64,000 nucleotides of DNA from positions 1,860,001 through 1,924,000 of the forward strand of contig JANJGN010000052.1 in assembly GCA_026770705.1 (NCBI GenBank), in the 5' to 3' direction. Origin of the DNA: Isurus oxyrinchus (Eukaryota). Below the pieces are notes generated by a model that was given only the letters and a program-made list of their open reading frames with translations, made no database searches and had not been told where the DNA came from. This document shows, one piece after another, positions 61,490-64,000 of the stretch; the first letter of the stretch is position 1; each line of letters opens with the position of its first letter. A program made the translations under genes and the position numbers.

Positions 61490-62680
61490 TCCCTCCCTAT
61501 ATCTGTAACCTCCCCTCTCTGTCCCTTTCCTCCAGCCCCTACAACCCTCCCTAAGGCAGCCTCCACCTGCCCCTACAATCCTCCCCATCTCTGTAACCAC
61601 CTTCAACCCCTACACCCCTCCCTATATCTGTAACCACCTCCAGCCCCTGTAACCCTCCCCACCTCCTCTAGCCACTGTAACACTCCCTATCTCTCAAGCC
61701 TCCACCAGCCTTGACAATGCTCCCCATCTCTGTAACTTCCTCCAACCCCCAGTACCCTCCCTATTTCTGTAATCTGTTCCAGTCCCTACAACCCTCCCTA
61801 TCTCTACAACCTGCTCTCTCTCACACACACACACACACACACCTCTCTAACACTCACAATCTCTCTCTATTGCACTCTTCTGCTCTATCTCTCTCTCACA
61901 CACACACACCTTCTCTCTAACACTCACAATCTCTCTCTATCACACTCTTCTGCTCTATCTCTCTCTCTCTCACACACATCCTCTCTCTAACACTCACAAT
62001 CTCTCTCTATCACACTCTTCTGCTCTATCTCTCTCTCTCACACACACACACATTCTCTCTCTAACACTCACAATCTGTCTCTATCGCACTCTTCTGCTCT
62101 ATCTCTCTCTCTCTCTCACACACACACATTCTCTCTCTAACACTCACAATCTCTCTCTATCGCACTCTTCTGCTCTCTCTCTCTCTCACACACACATTCT
62201 CTCTGGCTCCCTCCCTCAAACACATGCTCTCTCTCTCTCTCAGACACAAACACTCTCTCACACACTTTCCGTAAAACAAACACACTCTCTCTCTGTCAAG
62301 CACACACTCTCTCTCACACACACACACTCACTCTCTCAGACATACACATTCTCTCTCTCTCTCAGACACACACATTCTCTCTCTCTCAAACATTTACCAT
62401 TTCTCTTTATCTCGCTCTTCTGCTGTGTCCCTCTTTCCCTCGCACACACACACTCTCTCTCACAGACACACTCTCTCTCTCACACACACTCTCTCTCTCA
62501 CACACACTCTCTCTCTCACACACACTCTCTCTCACTCACACACACTCTCTCACATGCACACTCTCTCCCTCATATACAAACACTCTCCCTCACACATGCA
62601 CACTCTCTCTCTATCTCTTTTTCTCTCTCACACAGTCTCTCTGTCTCTCTTAGACACTCTCTCTCTCTCTCTGATACAGA
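61490..62680. repeat. 37-bp minisatellite followed by CT/CA compound microsatellite
   Basis: Direct inspection. Confidence 0.9.
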
Positions 62681-64000
62681 AGGTTTTAAGACCTGCTCAT
62701 GATTTCAGCTCAAAACCCAGGTAGATTCTCCCCAGTGAGGGAGTGCTGAGGGAGTGCTGCACTGTCAGAGGATCAGTACTGAGGGCGTGCTGCACTGTCA
62801 GAGGGTAAGTACTGAGGGAGTGCTGCACTGTCGGAGGGTTAGTACTGAACACAATGTCCATTCAGAACAGCTCGGTCCCCGATCAGAGAAACAGCCTCAG
62901 ACAGAACCAACTGACGCTGGAATCCATACAATTCATCAACGTGTTGGGAGTTAGTTTGATGTCGGAGATGGAGTGTTACTGGGAAGGAGGGAACCCGTCA
63001 GGATGAACAGCTCAATGTACGACAAGGAAAGGATGAGCTAAGAGGGGTTGGTCACGGACAGACGGAGCGTGTGAAGACTCAACAAGCTAATGGCAGGTGA
63101 AGAGCTGGAAAGGTGTCTTTTCAACACAAGGTTTAGACACAGAACTCGATGTTTGATCGGGTATTTCAAACCAGAGAAACTCTTTACAGGGTGAATGGAC
63201 CTTGTCAATAATCCATCCAGCCAACCTCGCCTGGAGATTAGTCCAATATTAGACACTAAACCGAGTCCTCCGTCTGCCCTCTCGGGCGGGTGTGAAAGAT
63301 CCCACAGCCACTATTTGGAGGAAGAGCAGGGGGGAGATCTCCCCGGTGTCCTGGGACCAGTATTTATCCCTCAACCAACATCACCAAAAACAGATGATCA
63401 CATTGCTGTTTGTGGGAGCTTGCTGTGCGCTAATTGGCTGCTGCGTTTCCTACATTACAACAGTAACCACACTTCGAAAAAAGGGTGAACTCAATTGTAA
63501 AGTGTTCTGGGACATCCAGAGACCATGTTGTACAGAGGAGATTTGACAGGAGCAGCAAGTGTTTTACTTACAGGAGAATGAGTTCCCAGGGTTGTAGAGT
63601 CAATCCTGTCAGATGAATGACTAACTGGAGACACTTCAGGGAGCTGATCTAATTCTGGAAATGTTCAGTTTACCAGGATCGGAGGAGAGATGATCTTCCT
63701 CTCCTGACTGCATCGGACACGAGGTGAACTGGCTCTGGGAGGAGGGTCAGTGTTAACCCAGTTTTTCTGTGTTTGAGGGAGATGTGAAACTGGGGAAGTC
63801 ACGTGGTTTTTTGGTGTGGTCACTCCATGTCTTTATTTGGTGCAGCACTCATTTAGTTCCTGTCATTGTTTCAATGCTACAAAACCACAGCGCATTCTGG
63901 ACTATTTCTGCCTGACCTGCTGTCAGATACACACAGTCTGACAGAGAGGCGGAAAAGTGGTCCCTAGCAACGTGTATAACTGTGAACTTGACTCAGTCAG

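Overview
Eukaryotic, repeat-rich vertebrate DNA. The SINE, LINE and Penelope repertoire (DeuSINE-type elements and their 33-bp satellite, CR1, L2, Penelope-like fragments) points to a shark or other cartilaginous fish. Two things occupy the window. (1) Positions 1.4-47 kb, + strand: a cluster of Siglec/MAG/CD22-like Ig receptor genes. Gene A has two tandem promoter/leader cassettes, SEVEN in-frame phase-1 V-set exons (six in a ~2.3-kb tandem array), two C2-set exons and one TM exon. The TM exon carries an intramembrane Arg and a short ITIM-less tail, typical of activating receptors. Genes B and C downstream are single-V paralogues that look pseudogenised. (2) Positions 54.7-59.2 kb, - strand: a three-exon hepcidin (HAMP)-like gene missed by the ORF track. 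It encodes an 88-aa prepropeptide with an atypical 8-Cys mature peptide and has TATA, BMP-RE-like and C/EBP-like promoter motifs, which echoes the mammalian HAMP-MAG-CD22 neighbourhood. The remainder is a decayed gypsy LTR element, solo LTRs, LINEs, SINEs, a MITE, Penelope fragments with minimal hammerhead ribozyme motifs, and satellites. All gene models were read by eye from splice sites and reading frames; there is no expression evidence.
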